NCBI GenBank assembly: GCA_964647565.1
Contig: CAZYIM010000015.1
Coordinates: forward strand, 1 to 52,548
DNA length: 52,548 nucleotides
Reading direction: 5' to 3'
Source of the DNA: an uncultured Methanosarcinales archaeon
Lineage (GTDB): Archaea > Nanobdellota > Nanobdellia > Woesearchaeales > CAZYIM01
The position numbers were made by a program, and so were the translations under genes. Every line of letters starts with the position of its first letter. Within the stretch, counting starts at the first letter, position 1. The notes below the pieces were generated by a model. That model made no database searches and was not told the origin of the DNA. It saw nothing but the letters and a program-made list of their open reading frames with translations. This document shows positions 1 to 10,927 of this stretch, one piece after another.

Positions 1-92
1 ATTTCCAGTAGATATCAAACAAACTGCCTCACAGCGTTCTGAACCCAGCTCACGAACCCTTTTAATGGGTGAACACCCCCACCCTTGGCCGC

Positions 93-122
93 CGACAGCG
101 AACAAAGCTTCGCTTCGTTCAA
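93..122 (-). other. 30-nt BHB-type intron in 23S rRNA (H91 loop, ~E. coli 2534)
   Basis: Removal restores archaeal consensus GGCCGUGCAGAAGCGGCC. Junction reads GCAG-AA|U ... CUGU-CG|G with central helix GCAG/CUGU and an internal hairpin UGAACGAAGC/GCUUUGUUCG. Confidence 0.85.
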
Positions 123-179
123 TTCTGCACGGCCAGGATAAGATGAGCCGACATCGATGTAGCAAGCCGCGCCGTCGAT

Positions 180-208
180 AAACCCGTAAATAGCTATTGC
201 TATCTACA
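180..208 (-). other. 29-nt BHB-type intron in 23S rRNA (H89 loop, ~E. coli 2477)
   Basis: Removal restores GAGAGCUCAUAUCGAC. Junction reads GCUC-AU|U ... GGGU-UU|A, with a 9-bp intron stem GUAGAUAGC/GCUAUUUAC. Confidence 0.88.
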
Positions 209-2845
209 ATGAGCTCTCGGGCGCGACAACTCTGTTATCCCCGGAGTAACTTTTTGGTCATCACTAGCCCCTATCAAGGAGGCATAGTGGTTCGCTAGGC
301 CAACATTTCTGTTTTGGATTTAATCTTGTTATAAATCCAATCAGGCTGACTTTTGCCCTTGCACTCTACACCGGATTTCTGACCCGGTTGAGTCAACCTT
401 TGGGCCCTGCTGATATTTTTTCAGCAGGGTGCCACCCCAGCCAAACTGTCCACCTACAACTGTCCTTTTCTAAAGAAAAGTAAGCAACATAAATTTCGAA
501 GAGTGGTGTTTCATTGATGTCTATTCACGATCTGGCGACCGTAACATAACAACTCCCACTTACGCTGCACAACAAAATTCATGCTACAATTATAAGCTAC
601 AGTAAAGTTTCACGGGGTCTTCACTTCCCACTGGAGATCTCTGGCTTTTGCACCAGAAAAGAGTGTTCGGTGGCTTCTAGTTGGGGACAGTGGAGATCTC
701 GTTACGCCATTCATGCAGGCCGTCATTCAAACGGCAAGGCATTTCGCTACCTTAAGAGAGTTATAGTTACCCCCGCCGTTTACCAGCTCTTAGGCCCCTT
801 GAAAAGGGCTTTAAAGTACTGGCACTGGGCAGACGTCACCAACTGTACGCACCTTTACAGGCTAGCAGTTAGTTAAGTTTTTGTTAAACAGTCGGACCCC
901 CCTTGTTATTGCACCCTGCAATAGCAACCATAAAGCAACTAATGCAGGGACCCCTTAAACCGAAGTTACAGGGCTAATTTGCCGAATTCCCTCAACTAGA
1001 TTATACCATCACACTTTAGGCTATTCACCTAGGGGCACCTGTGTCGGTTCTGGGTACGAACATTAAGAATATTTTTTATTTCCTTTTTCAAGGTCTCCAA
1101 GCATTAGCTAAATAAACCATAAAGTTTACTTATCCCAAGTTTAATCAAATTCTCATCATTATAATACTCCTTTGATTTATCTTGGTTAACACAAACGATG
1201 ATTTGTGTTAGCCTAGCCAGAAGAGTCAGAAAATAAACTTGCGTTGCCGCACATATCAAAATGGTACAGGAATATTAACCTGTTTCCCTTTCCCAAAAAA
1301 CCTATTAGGATATTGGTTAGGATCGACTAACCCTTGACTGATTTACATTGTCAAGGAACCCTTGCCCTTCCAGTGACAGAGATTCTCACTCTGCTAAGAT
1401 CCTACTACCGCCAGGATTTTCATTTTAATAAGGTCCACATCCTTTCACAAAAATGCTTCTATCCTCACTAAACGCCTACCTACTGTATTCTATTTAGAAA
1501 CCTATAGTATCGGTAATCAACTTAGCCCTGTCCATTTTCAAAGCCTACAACCTTGACGAGTAAGCTGTTACGCACTTATTATAGGATGGCTGCTTCTAAG
1601 CCAACCTCCTCGCTGTCTTTGGGTATAAACATTCTTCACCCTTTAACACTTAGTTGATATTTAGGGACCTTAACTATAGTTTGGGTTGTTCCCCTCTCGT
1701 GATTAGAGCTTACCCCTAACCACCGTTTCCCAGAGTCTTCAGCACTACAAAATTCGGAGTTGGACAAAAGACCGAACCCTTTCGGGCCCTAAATCCCTAA
1801 TCCGTATCTCTACATTAATAGTTGCCTAATCTGAGACTTGACTACGATCAAATTTGGTAGGAACCAGCTATCACCGAGCTCGATTGGCTTTTCACCCCTA
1901 GCCCCAGGTTAGAAGAACGCTTGTCCACAGCACCTCTGCAGGCCTCCACAAGATTTGACTCTTGCTTCACCTTACCCAGGGTTAGATCGCTCGGCTTCGG
2001 GTCATATTCAAATAACTAAGGCACATTAATACCTTTCTCATTGCAAAAGCTAAGAAAATTCGGTTTCCCTATGGATACTCTTTTTCAGATTATCCTCGCT
2101 ACTCAAATATACTCCCTGGCACGTTTTTCGAAACGCACGATAGAACTCCAAAGAGCACTATCCTTCCATAGTTATCAGGTTTCAGGATCTTTTAACTCTC
2201 TATTAAAAGTACTTTTCAACATTTCCTTCACAGTACTAGTACGCTATCGGACTCAAAGTGTATTTAATGTTAGAAGTTAATACCTCCCAAATTAGTGCTT
2301 CAAATCCAAGAAACACTACTCAAGATACTATCAAAATCCACTAAGTTACCTTTACAGGACTTTCACCCTCTAAGGTCCTTCATTCCAGAAGAGTTCAAGT
2401 TCCCTAGTTAGGATCAAAGATAGTCTTACAACACTACATTTTCTTCATGTTTCCACAAAGAATTCAGTTTGCATTACGCTGTTTTAAGTCGCTCTTACTA
2501 ACAGCATCTTATTTAATTTCTTTTCCTTCAGGTACTAAGACGTTTCAATTCCCTGAGTTACCCAACCTTAACGGTTTCAAGCTGATGTCAGATTCGGGAA
2601 TCTCTGGTTCAAAGTGTGCATACCACTCGCCAGAGCATATCGTAGTTAGCCACGCCCTTCATCAGCATTTGAGCCAAGTCATCCACCTGATAACATTTGC
2701 CTAAAATGTGATCTTGCCTATGCATGGTTTCATCAACAGGAATATAGGATGTATTCTGTCTTCACCCTTCATCCAATACCATCAGATATTGAATTGCTAA
2801 TAAAAATAATTTATAATAGTTTGTAATAGTAATTATGATTATAAA

Positions 2846-2965
2846 TGGACCCGTCGGGAAATTCAAGCCAAACAATAAAGTTCAAGCATTTTGAACCCGA
2901 GACCCCCGCCTCTCTTGTACAGAGTATTGCAAGGGCGGTATTCTACCAGACTAAACTACAGGCCC
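2846..2965 (-). tRNA. tRNA-Ala(UGC) in the 16S-23S spacer with two introns (37/38: 2912-2927; 59/60: 2860-2889)
   Basis: Acceptor GGGCCUG/CGGGUCC-A, anticodon arm CCGCC-CU-UGC-A, T arm UCGGG-UUCAAAU-CCCGA after intron removal. BHB helices CUUG/CAAG and UUCA/UGAA. Confidence 0.93.
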
Positions 2966-3021
2966 GTATGAAAATAAAATGAGTAAGAATAGATTGATCA
3001 TAAAAACTTATGAAAATAAAA

Positions 3022-4591
<1,570 letters not shown>

Positions 4592-4883
4592 TAGTTCCTA
4601 ATTTCTGAGCATTCAACAAGTTGAATACAACGGAAATTGTTAATCCTTACATTCGAAAGAATGCTTAGAATTATTTGTTCGGTCGCAATTAATATATTAT
4701 ATAGTTAAAGTATATTGACTTGATTTACCACATTCTTACTCATACTTGAAAGTCTATTTCAAGCATCAATTTTTGACAACATTAACTTTCGTTAATGTGG
4801 AGCTGATGTGTAAAGAATCACGTTTCGGACTCTTGCAGAATTGATGTATTCACATCAACCAATTTTTTAGGAAAAAATGGACG

Positions 4884-4967
4884 TTTATAAAGATTTCGTT
4901 CAGGATTAAGGGCTTTCTTAAAACTGATTAATTATATTTTTAGTGAAGCTATTATATAAATGTTTCG
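4884..4967 (-). promoter_or_regulatory. Tandem archaeal BRE-TATA promoters of the rRNA operon
   Basis: Minus strand reads CGAAACATTTATATAA (4967-4952) and CGAAATCTTTATAAA (~4898-4884) upstream of the 16S leader. Confidence 0.6.
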
Positions 4968-5242
4968 ATTTTAACCATTTGTTGGTGGTTAAAATTGAAG
5001 CTCAGAACTTGTTTTGAAGTTCTCGTGTTTCGATTTGTTACTACTCAGTAGCTTATTTAAAACCAAAATAATTAAATATGAGAACATTCTTTTTATATGA
5101 AAATGTCAACAACTAACCTTATATCTATTGTTCTGATTTTGGTAGTTGTTGTACTGGTATAAGCAAGGCCGTGTTTCTTGGGCTTTGCTGGTGAATTAAC
5201 TTCTAGTAAAGTCTATACGGGCACGGTAAAAAGGTGATAGAA

Positions 5243-5599
5243 ATGAGTATAGATAACGACGTGAAGCAAGCCGATACAATTACGACGGTAATTGGACAAG
5301 AAGGGATAGTAATAGAAGTGCCGGTGATAAAAGCCCAGCCTGCATATCTGGGAGAAGTTCCTCTTTCAGATTACGCTACTACCATATTCATACCTAAAGG
5401 CGCAACATTGCACAAAAGACCCAAGTCTGGTTTTGTGAAATTCTTTAGCGGTGCGAAACCAACATGCAAGGATGCTAAAAGATGGTATGCGATACCTATG
5501 GAAGATGGCCAAAGGGCTACACGGCTAACCTACGGAAATTTCAGGAGAGGTAAGGATCCTGGAGAACCGTTCTATATGTATGGTGGTGATGATCGCTAG
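5243..5599 (+). CDS. Hypothetical protein
   Basis: ORF with ATG at 5243 after AGGTGA SD. No recognisable motif. Confidence 0.55.
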   Translation: MSIDNDVKQADTITTVIGQEGIVIEVPVIKAQPAYLGEVPLSDYATTIFIPKGATLHKRPKSGFVKFFSGAKPTCKDAKRWYAIPMEDGQRATRLTYGNFRRGKDPGEPFYMYGGDDR

Positions 5600-6795
5600 A
5601 CTTTTTTAATGTTAAGAAAATCCTTAGCAAACACGCCTACAACTGTTGAAAGGAAGATGCTGTAGAGAACAAACAATAGTGCTAAGTTTAGCATCAAATC
5701 AACACCTATTATATGTTTGAAGTTTGTGGTAAGGATAAGTACAATCACTGCGACATCAATTCCTTTAGGTACATTAAGGCTCATGAAGATTCTTTGCTTA
5801 AGGGTGATCTTGGATCTGGGAAGTGCCATCTCGATTGATAGATACCTGATGCCTATATATATTAGGAAGAGGATGGTTCCTTTGATCAGGGCTTCGAGGT
5901 TTAGATTGACAAGCAGTTCAGTTCCAAAAAGTATGAATACGAGGATTGTGATAGCATGAGCAAATATCGAAGCGAATTTCTCGAGCTGTAGCTTATGTTC
6001 AATGTGGACATTGCCAAAGATTAGGCCAAAGATAGTGACAGATATTACACCATTTCCTCCCAAAACTTCAGCGAGCACAAAGGCAATGATTGCTGATGTG
6101 ATCAGAGCAAGGTGAGAAAGGTGAGTCAAAAAGAATCTCTTCATTATATAGACTACCAAAGTGCCGATGACTATTCCTACGATAACAGCCACACCTAATT
6201 GCATAAAGAACGGAATGAATTCGCTAAATGCTTGTTGGAATACGCCAGAACCTATTTGCTTGGAAGGTGTTAGGAATTTTATCAGGGTGAACGTGATGAC
6301 AAGTGTTATTGGGGTGTTGAAGATAGATTCGAACTTAAGGACATCAACGACCTTGTTCTTGAGCTTGCCAAGTGTTGATAATGAGACGAGAGGATCGATA
6401 CCAAAAGCCATCACAGAGAATATCAATAATAGTATAAGGGAGATGCCGCTGTCTGGATTGAACTTGAAGAATATTGCGGCAAAGATTGGAAGTAAGAGAA
6501 TTATTAATATGAAATAGCTGGCAATAAGCCTAACGACTTCTTTAGAGATCTTTAAGATATCCTTGATCTTGAAGTGGACCGTACTGTTGAAGACCACCAT
6601 GATCAGTGCAAGGGTAGCGATAGTTATTGTGAACTCCTTTGGGAACCAGATAAGATTGAAGATCTTCAAGAGCATGCCTGCCAATACCAGGAATAGGATG
6701 TTAGAGGTCTTTAGCTTGTGGGCGAGCACAGAGCATAAAGTGCCTATTAATAGAATCATAGCTAGGTAAAGAATATGGACTATATGAACTTCCAT
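5596..6795 (-). CDS. Cation/H+ antiporter (CPA1, NhaP-like)
   Basis: About 12 TM helices. GIDP (TDP-like) motif, FESIFNTP (ESxxND-like), PKG motif near the C-terminus. Confidence 0.85.
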   Translation of the reverse strand: MEVHIVHILYLAMILLIGTLCSVLAHKLKTSNILFLVLAGMLLKIFNLIWFPKEFTITIATLALIMVVFNSTVHFKIKDILKISKEVVRLIASYFILIILLLPIFAAIFFKFNPDSGISLILLLIFSVMAFGIDPLVSLSTLGKLKNKVVDVLKFESIFNTPITLVITFTLIKFLTPSKQIGSGVFQQAFSEFIPFFMQLGVAVIVGIVIGTLVVYIMKRFFLTHLSHLALITSAIIAFVLAEVLGGNGVISVTIFGLIFGNVHIEHKLQLEKFASIFAHAITILVFILFGTELLVNLNLEALIKGTILFLIYIGIRYLSIEMALPRSKITLKQRIFMSLNVPKGIDVAVIVLILTTNFKHIIGVDLMLNLALLFVLYSIFLSTVVGVFAKDFLNIKKV

Positions 6796-6877
6796 ATATT
6801 GAAATCTGATTGTGTACTATATATTGATTTAGAATTCCGGAAGAGTGGTTAATGGTGACGTGTGGCTAAGGAATATA

Positions 6878-6961
6878 ATCCAGCAACATCATTGGCAGGC
6901 AGAACGATTTGCTTCGCAAATCTCAGGATGAGACATCCTGTCTGCGCCAATGTTGCTGGAT
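6878..6961. repeat. Y-shaped palindromic intergenic element (copy A)
   Basis: Outer inverted repeat atccagcaacat..cattggc / gccaatgttgctggat encloses two hairpins, gatttgc-ttc-gcaaatc and caggatg-aga-catcctg. Confidence 0.75.
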
Positions 6962-7031
6962 CTAATATTTAGATTGTTAACTAGATGTTGTTTATGGATA
7001 TAAGAATTGAAGAATTAGAAATGCGAATTAT

Positions 7032-7142
7032 TTATTCTTTCTCTTTCTTTTTTCTTTTTTCATACGCTTTCTTTGCCATTTCCATCGCATCTGGCCTTTC
7101 TTTTTCCAGCGTCTTGAGCTTCTTTTCAACTTGTTGCTTCAC
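7032..7142 (-). CDS. Putative 36-aa basic small protein (MKQQVEKKLKTLEKERPDAMEMAKKAYEKRKKKEKE)
   Basis: Open frame with coding-like purine-rich composition and a GTG start. Below the ORF-track cutoff. Confidence 0.35.
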   Translation of the reverse strand: MKQQVEKKLKTLEKERPDAMEMAKKAYEKRKKKEKE

Positions 7143-7276
7143 ACCTGATCTTGGGTGTTAGTTAACCTCCAATATTTAATTAGTCTTTGGAAAAATAGGT
7201 GATTTAAAAAACTATCGCATGAATCATTGCAAAAGTTATATAAACTAGTTTATCTGAAATTGGTTAAGGTGTATAA

Positions 7277-10200
7277 ATGCGGAAATGGATACTCGCTGTT
7301 TTTGTTATGATGCTGTTGCTTATTTCTGCTTGTGATGAACAGACTATTGGTGGCAGGGCTTTTCAAAAGCCTCCTGCTGGACTGACATCTAGTCAGATGG
7401 TTCCGTTTGCATTGCCGACTCTGCAATCTTTTCAGGAACAGATATTGGGGCAAGAGTATTTTACTGACAGCACAATAGCTCTTAACTTGCAGCAGCGTGT
7501 TGATTCCGCGGGTTTCAAAGGTTCTGTTACTTTAAATAGCATCGACAGTTATGTGCGTATTGTACTTGAGGATGTCGATAGGAAAGAATATTTGGTTTTT
7601 TCATCTGATTACCTATTGATTGACAAGACAGGAACCTTTGACTTCGAGGATGTTTGCGAAGAAACATGTTCTCTGAATTCTATAAGACCGGTTTTTGTGA
7701 GGATTGAATTGCATGATGCATCTGTTAATATTGGAAAGATTTCTTTTGGTATTCCTAATCCTGGTCGTCTTTCAAAGACTATGGCTACGCCTGTTCAGAT
7801 AGTGGATTCTCAGGTCAAGGTTAAACTAGAAAAGATAAATGAGATGAAACTGAAGCACAATCTTGACTGGGAAGCAGGAGAGACTGAAATATCTAAATTG
7901 AGCTATGCTGAGAAGAAGAAGCTGTTCAACGGACAGTTGCCTAAGCTCTATGGCTTTGATGCATATGTTGGAGGAACTTTTGAATTTCCTACTTCTTCAT
8001 CAGGTGCTGATTATAAATCGATGAGCGAATCTGATCTTCCTGCTTTTCTTGACTGGCGAGATGTGAACGGCCATAACTGGTTGACTCCTGTCAAGAATCA
8101 AGGGGGTTGTGGAAGCTGCTGGGCCTTTGCATCGTTAGGCGCATTTGAGTCTATTATCAACCTTTTCTATGCAGATCCTACCATAGATATTGATCTTTCT
8201 GAGCAAGACCTTGTTTCTTGTTCTCTTGCAGGTAATTGCAGTGGAGGCGGTGTGACAACAAGTGCAGTCAGATACATCATTAATAATGGTACTGTTGACG
8301 AGGACTGTTTTCCTTATGTTGCAAACGACACTCTTTGCGATTCTGGAAGATGTTCGGATTGGCAGAGTAGGCTATGGAAGACTTATGGATATAAACATAT
8401 TGGGAAAAATGTTGAGGATATTAAGCAGGCTTTGATAAGCGATGGTCCCTTGGTCGCCTCTACCTTTGATATCTTTAATGGAGGTCACGCAATGGTCTTA
8501 GTAGGCTATGGCACAACTGAAACCAACAGGAATTATTGGATATTCAAAAACAGCTGGGGTAAGAGTTGGGGTGATGCTGGTTATTTATATGTCTATGCTG
8601 ACTCGATGAAGACTTATTTTGTGGATGCAATTATGGCTCCTGTCTATCCTCCAGCTAATGTTAATCATGAACAGTTATGTTATGATAATGATGCTGATGG
8701 CTATTGTTGGTGGGGTATGGGTGATAAGCCTGATTCTTGTCCTTCGAATTGTGATTCTACTCCTGATTGTGATGATACTCATGCCTCAATTACTTCTTGT
8801 GGCTCTGAGACTGGATCTTTATTTGTTAATTCATCTCCTATAGGTGCAGAGGTTTTTCTTGACGGCTCTTTAAGAGGAAATACGCCTTTATTGATTTCTG
8901 GTATTATTGAAGGAACTAGAGAACTTGAGATTAAGAAAGAAGGTTATTATCCTATGCCGCTAACTGTTGAGGTTTCGGCTGGTGAAACCAAGTCGCTGGA
9001 TGTAGAGCTCGAACCTAAGGGCTATGGCAACCTTAATATCTCTACAAATGTAAGCTATGCTGAAATTGATTTGATGTTTCTGCGGAATACGAGCCTGAGA
9101 TTCTCAAACATCAGTGAATATTATCGGTCATTTTTCGTTGAGAACATCCCCTCAGGTAGGTATCAAATGACTATTACGTCACCCAGAAAAATTACTCTAG
9201 TTCAGACAATCACTGTTTATCCTGATCAGACGACAAATTTAAGGTTTAATTTGAATAATATTCCTGCTGGAACCGGTACTGTTAATGTTTATTCTGATGT
9301 TCCGGATACTAAGTTTCATATCTACTGTCCACCTTTTAATGAGCGAGATGTCTTTACGCCTAAGACATACATTGTGAACAGTGGTTATTGTAGGGTACAG
9401 TTCTTCTTTAAACAGACTCTGAGGGGATATAGAAGCTCTTCTTGGACTACTAAATTGTTTTTGGTTTTGCCTGACCAGGTTGTGAATGTCTCATTGACAT
9501 ATGAAGATGATATAGATAATCACATGCCGTTTGGTCAATTGCTGCTTGATACAATTCCCTCGGGTGCAAATGTAACGACGCCTTCTGGGGAGTTTATAGG
9601 CGTTACGCCTGTAGATATTGAACTCATGGAGGGTCATTATTACTTCTTTTTCAATAAGAAGAATTGTGAGACTTTTCCTGAATATTGGGGTCAATATGTT
9701 TTTGTTGAGGGACACAAGACTAATGAGTATACATTCAGGCTAAAGCCATCTGGTGACGGTTTTGGTAACATATACATAGAGTCTGATCCTCCTGCTAAAG
9801 TCAAGCAGACTAGGCCTTATTGGAATGAATACGGAACGTCACCTGTTCTAATTAACAATCTGTCTGCTGCAAAAGAATACACGTTTGTAGTTGTTCATCC
9901 TGATTATGGGATTCATAATATCAAGACATGGGTGATTCCTGACCAGACCCTCAATTTTTCAGTCAAGCTGGTGCCCAGAGGACCAGCCAATCTCACTATA
10001 AACACTACGCCACCTGGTGCAAAGGTGATGTATGGTCATAAGCTATTAGGATTAACTCCGACTCAATATTTCACATTGAATCCTCAGATGCTGGATGGTA
10101 AAAGATACTTTTTTTTAATCAAGGATGGTTATTATTCTAAGCATATCAAAGTTGTTTTTGATGAAGTGGGGCAGGTTTACAGGCACTATGAACTAACACC

Positions 10201-10927
10201 TATCCATCCAGATGATGGATCTCTATCCATAGATTCTAATCCTGAGGATGCAAGGGTGTTTGTTAATGAGGCTTTCAAGGGTCTTACCCCATTGACCTTA
10301 AAGGATATGCCTGCTGAGAAAGTTATTGTTAAGATAGTAAAAGAAGGTTATGCGGAGTATATCAATAAGGATGTTCAGATAACTGCAGGGAAATCAACAG
10401 ATCTTTTTGTTGCTTTGATATCTGCTGCTGACGATACTGCTTTCTGCCCTCACGTCGCTAATGGCAATGCATATGATCCCTGTGATACAGGTGATTTATG
10501 TGATTCAGAAAATACTGCCGGAAGTACTACATGCCCTCTGAACTCTCATAGCTGTTATTTCGCAGGAGAATGCGTTGGAAATGTCCAGTATGGTGGGGGT
10601 ACTAACCTAAGGGATGTCAATGGTGATGGTATTGCAGGCGCTATCTGTATGGGTATTCCAAGATTTGATAGGGGGGTAACTGTTGCAATTGAGGACACAG
10701 ATAATTCGGGTTCCTGGGTTGATTGTGATGCTGATCAGACCATATGTGAGGGTATCTATCATAGCTACAATAACTACGAGAAAAGATGTGGTTATAACTG
10801 GGTAAAAGGTTACAAATATGTTCTTCGGAAAGATGGAGATTTTAAATCGGATCAAGGCGCCTGTTGTGGAGATGATCCTGGAGAGGAGTATATTGAAGTA
10901 GCCAATATCTGTATTCCTGCGTATTAA
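7277..10927 (+). CDS. Secreted/lipoprotein papain-family (C1A) cysteine protease with multiple PEGA domains
   Basis: Signal peptide ending ISAC. Catalytic motifs QGGCGSCWAF, GHAMVLVGY and WIFKNSWG. Repeated S/T-x-P-x-GA..G-x-TP PEGA motifs and a Cys-rich C-terminus. Confidence 0.9.
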   Translation: MRKWILAVFVMMLLLISACDEQTIGGRAFQKPPAGLTSSQMVPFALPTLQSFQEQILGQEYFTDSTIALNLQQRVDSAGFKGSVTLNSIDSYVRIVLEDVDRKEYLVFSSDYLLIDKTGTFDFEDVCEETCSLNSIRPVFVRIELHDASVNIGKISFGIPNPGRLSKTMATPVQIVDSQVKVKLEKINEMKLKHNLDWEAGETEISKLSYAEKKKLFNGQLPKLYGFDAYVGGTFEFPTSSSGADYKSMSESDLPAFLDWRDVNGHNWLTPVKNQGGCGSCWAFASLGAFESIINLFYADPTIDIDLSEQDLVSCSLAGNCSGGGVTTSAVRYIINNGTVDEDCFPYVANDTLCDSGRCSDWQSRLWKTYGYKHIGKNVEDIKQALISDGPLVASTFDIFNGGHAMVLVGYGTTETNRNYWIFKNSWGKSWGDAGYLYVYADSMKTYFVDAIMAPVYPPANVNHEQLCYDNDADGYCWWGMGDKPDSCPSNCDSTPDCDDTHASITSCGSETGSLFVNSSPIGAEVFLDGSLRGNTPLLISGIIEGTRELEIKKEGYYPMPLTVEVSAGETKSLDVELEPKGYGNLNISTNVSYAEIDLMFLRNTSLRFSNISEYYRSFFVENIPSGRYQMTITSPRKITLVQTITVYPDQTTNLRFNLNNIPAGTGTVNVYSDVPDTKFHIYCPPFNERDVFTPKTYIVNSGYCRVQFFFKQTLRGYRSSSWTTKLFLVLPDQVVNVSLTYEDDIDNHMPFGQLLLDTIPSGANVTTPSGEFIGVTPVDIELMEGHYYFFFNKKNCETFPEYWGQYVFVEGHKTNEYTFRLKPSGDGFGNIYIESDPPAKVKQTRPYWNEYGTSPVLINNLSAAKEYTFVVVHPDYGIHNIKTWVIPDQTLNFSVKLVPRGPANLTINTTPPGAKVMYGHKLLGLTPTQYFTLNPQMLDGKRYFFLIKDGYYSKHIKVVFDEVGQVYRHYELTPIHPDDGSLSIDSNPEDARVFVNEAFKGLTPLTLKDMPAEKVIVKIVKEGYAEYINKDVQITAGKSTDLFVALISAADDTAFCPHVANGNAYDPCDTGDLCDSENTAGSTTCPLNSHSCYFAGECVGNVQYGGGTNLRDVNGDGIAGAICMGIPRFDRGVTVAIEDTDNSGSWVDCDADQTICEGIYHSYNNYEKRCGYNWVKGYKYVLRKDGDFKSDQGACCGDDPGEEYIEVANICIPAY

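Larger units (their letters stand above)
1..2700 (-). rRNA. rrl: 23S rRNA (archaeal; 3' end lies outside the window; contains two micro-introns)
   Basis: Reverse complement has conserved LSU motifs (GGGAUAACAG, GAUGUCGGCUC, GUAACUAUAAC, GGUGGAUGACUUGGCUC near the 5' end). The 5' boundary is approximate. Confidence 0.96.

Noticed and set aside
4598..4860. Hairpins upstream of 16S as a novel ncRNA
   Set aside because: Adequately explained as pre-rRNA leader and processing stems.
5098..5238. Signal-peptide-like mini ORF (MKMSTTNLISIVLILVVVVLV*) with possible read-through
   Set aside because: Only 21 codons, and the continuation is short and motif-less. No other sign of stop-codon reassignment, since all three stops end bona fide genes.
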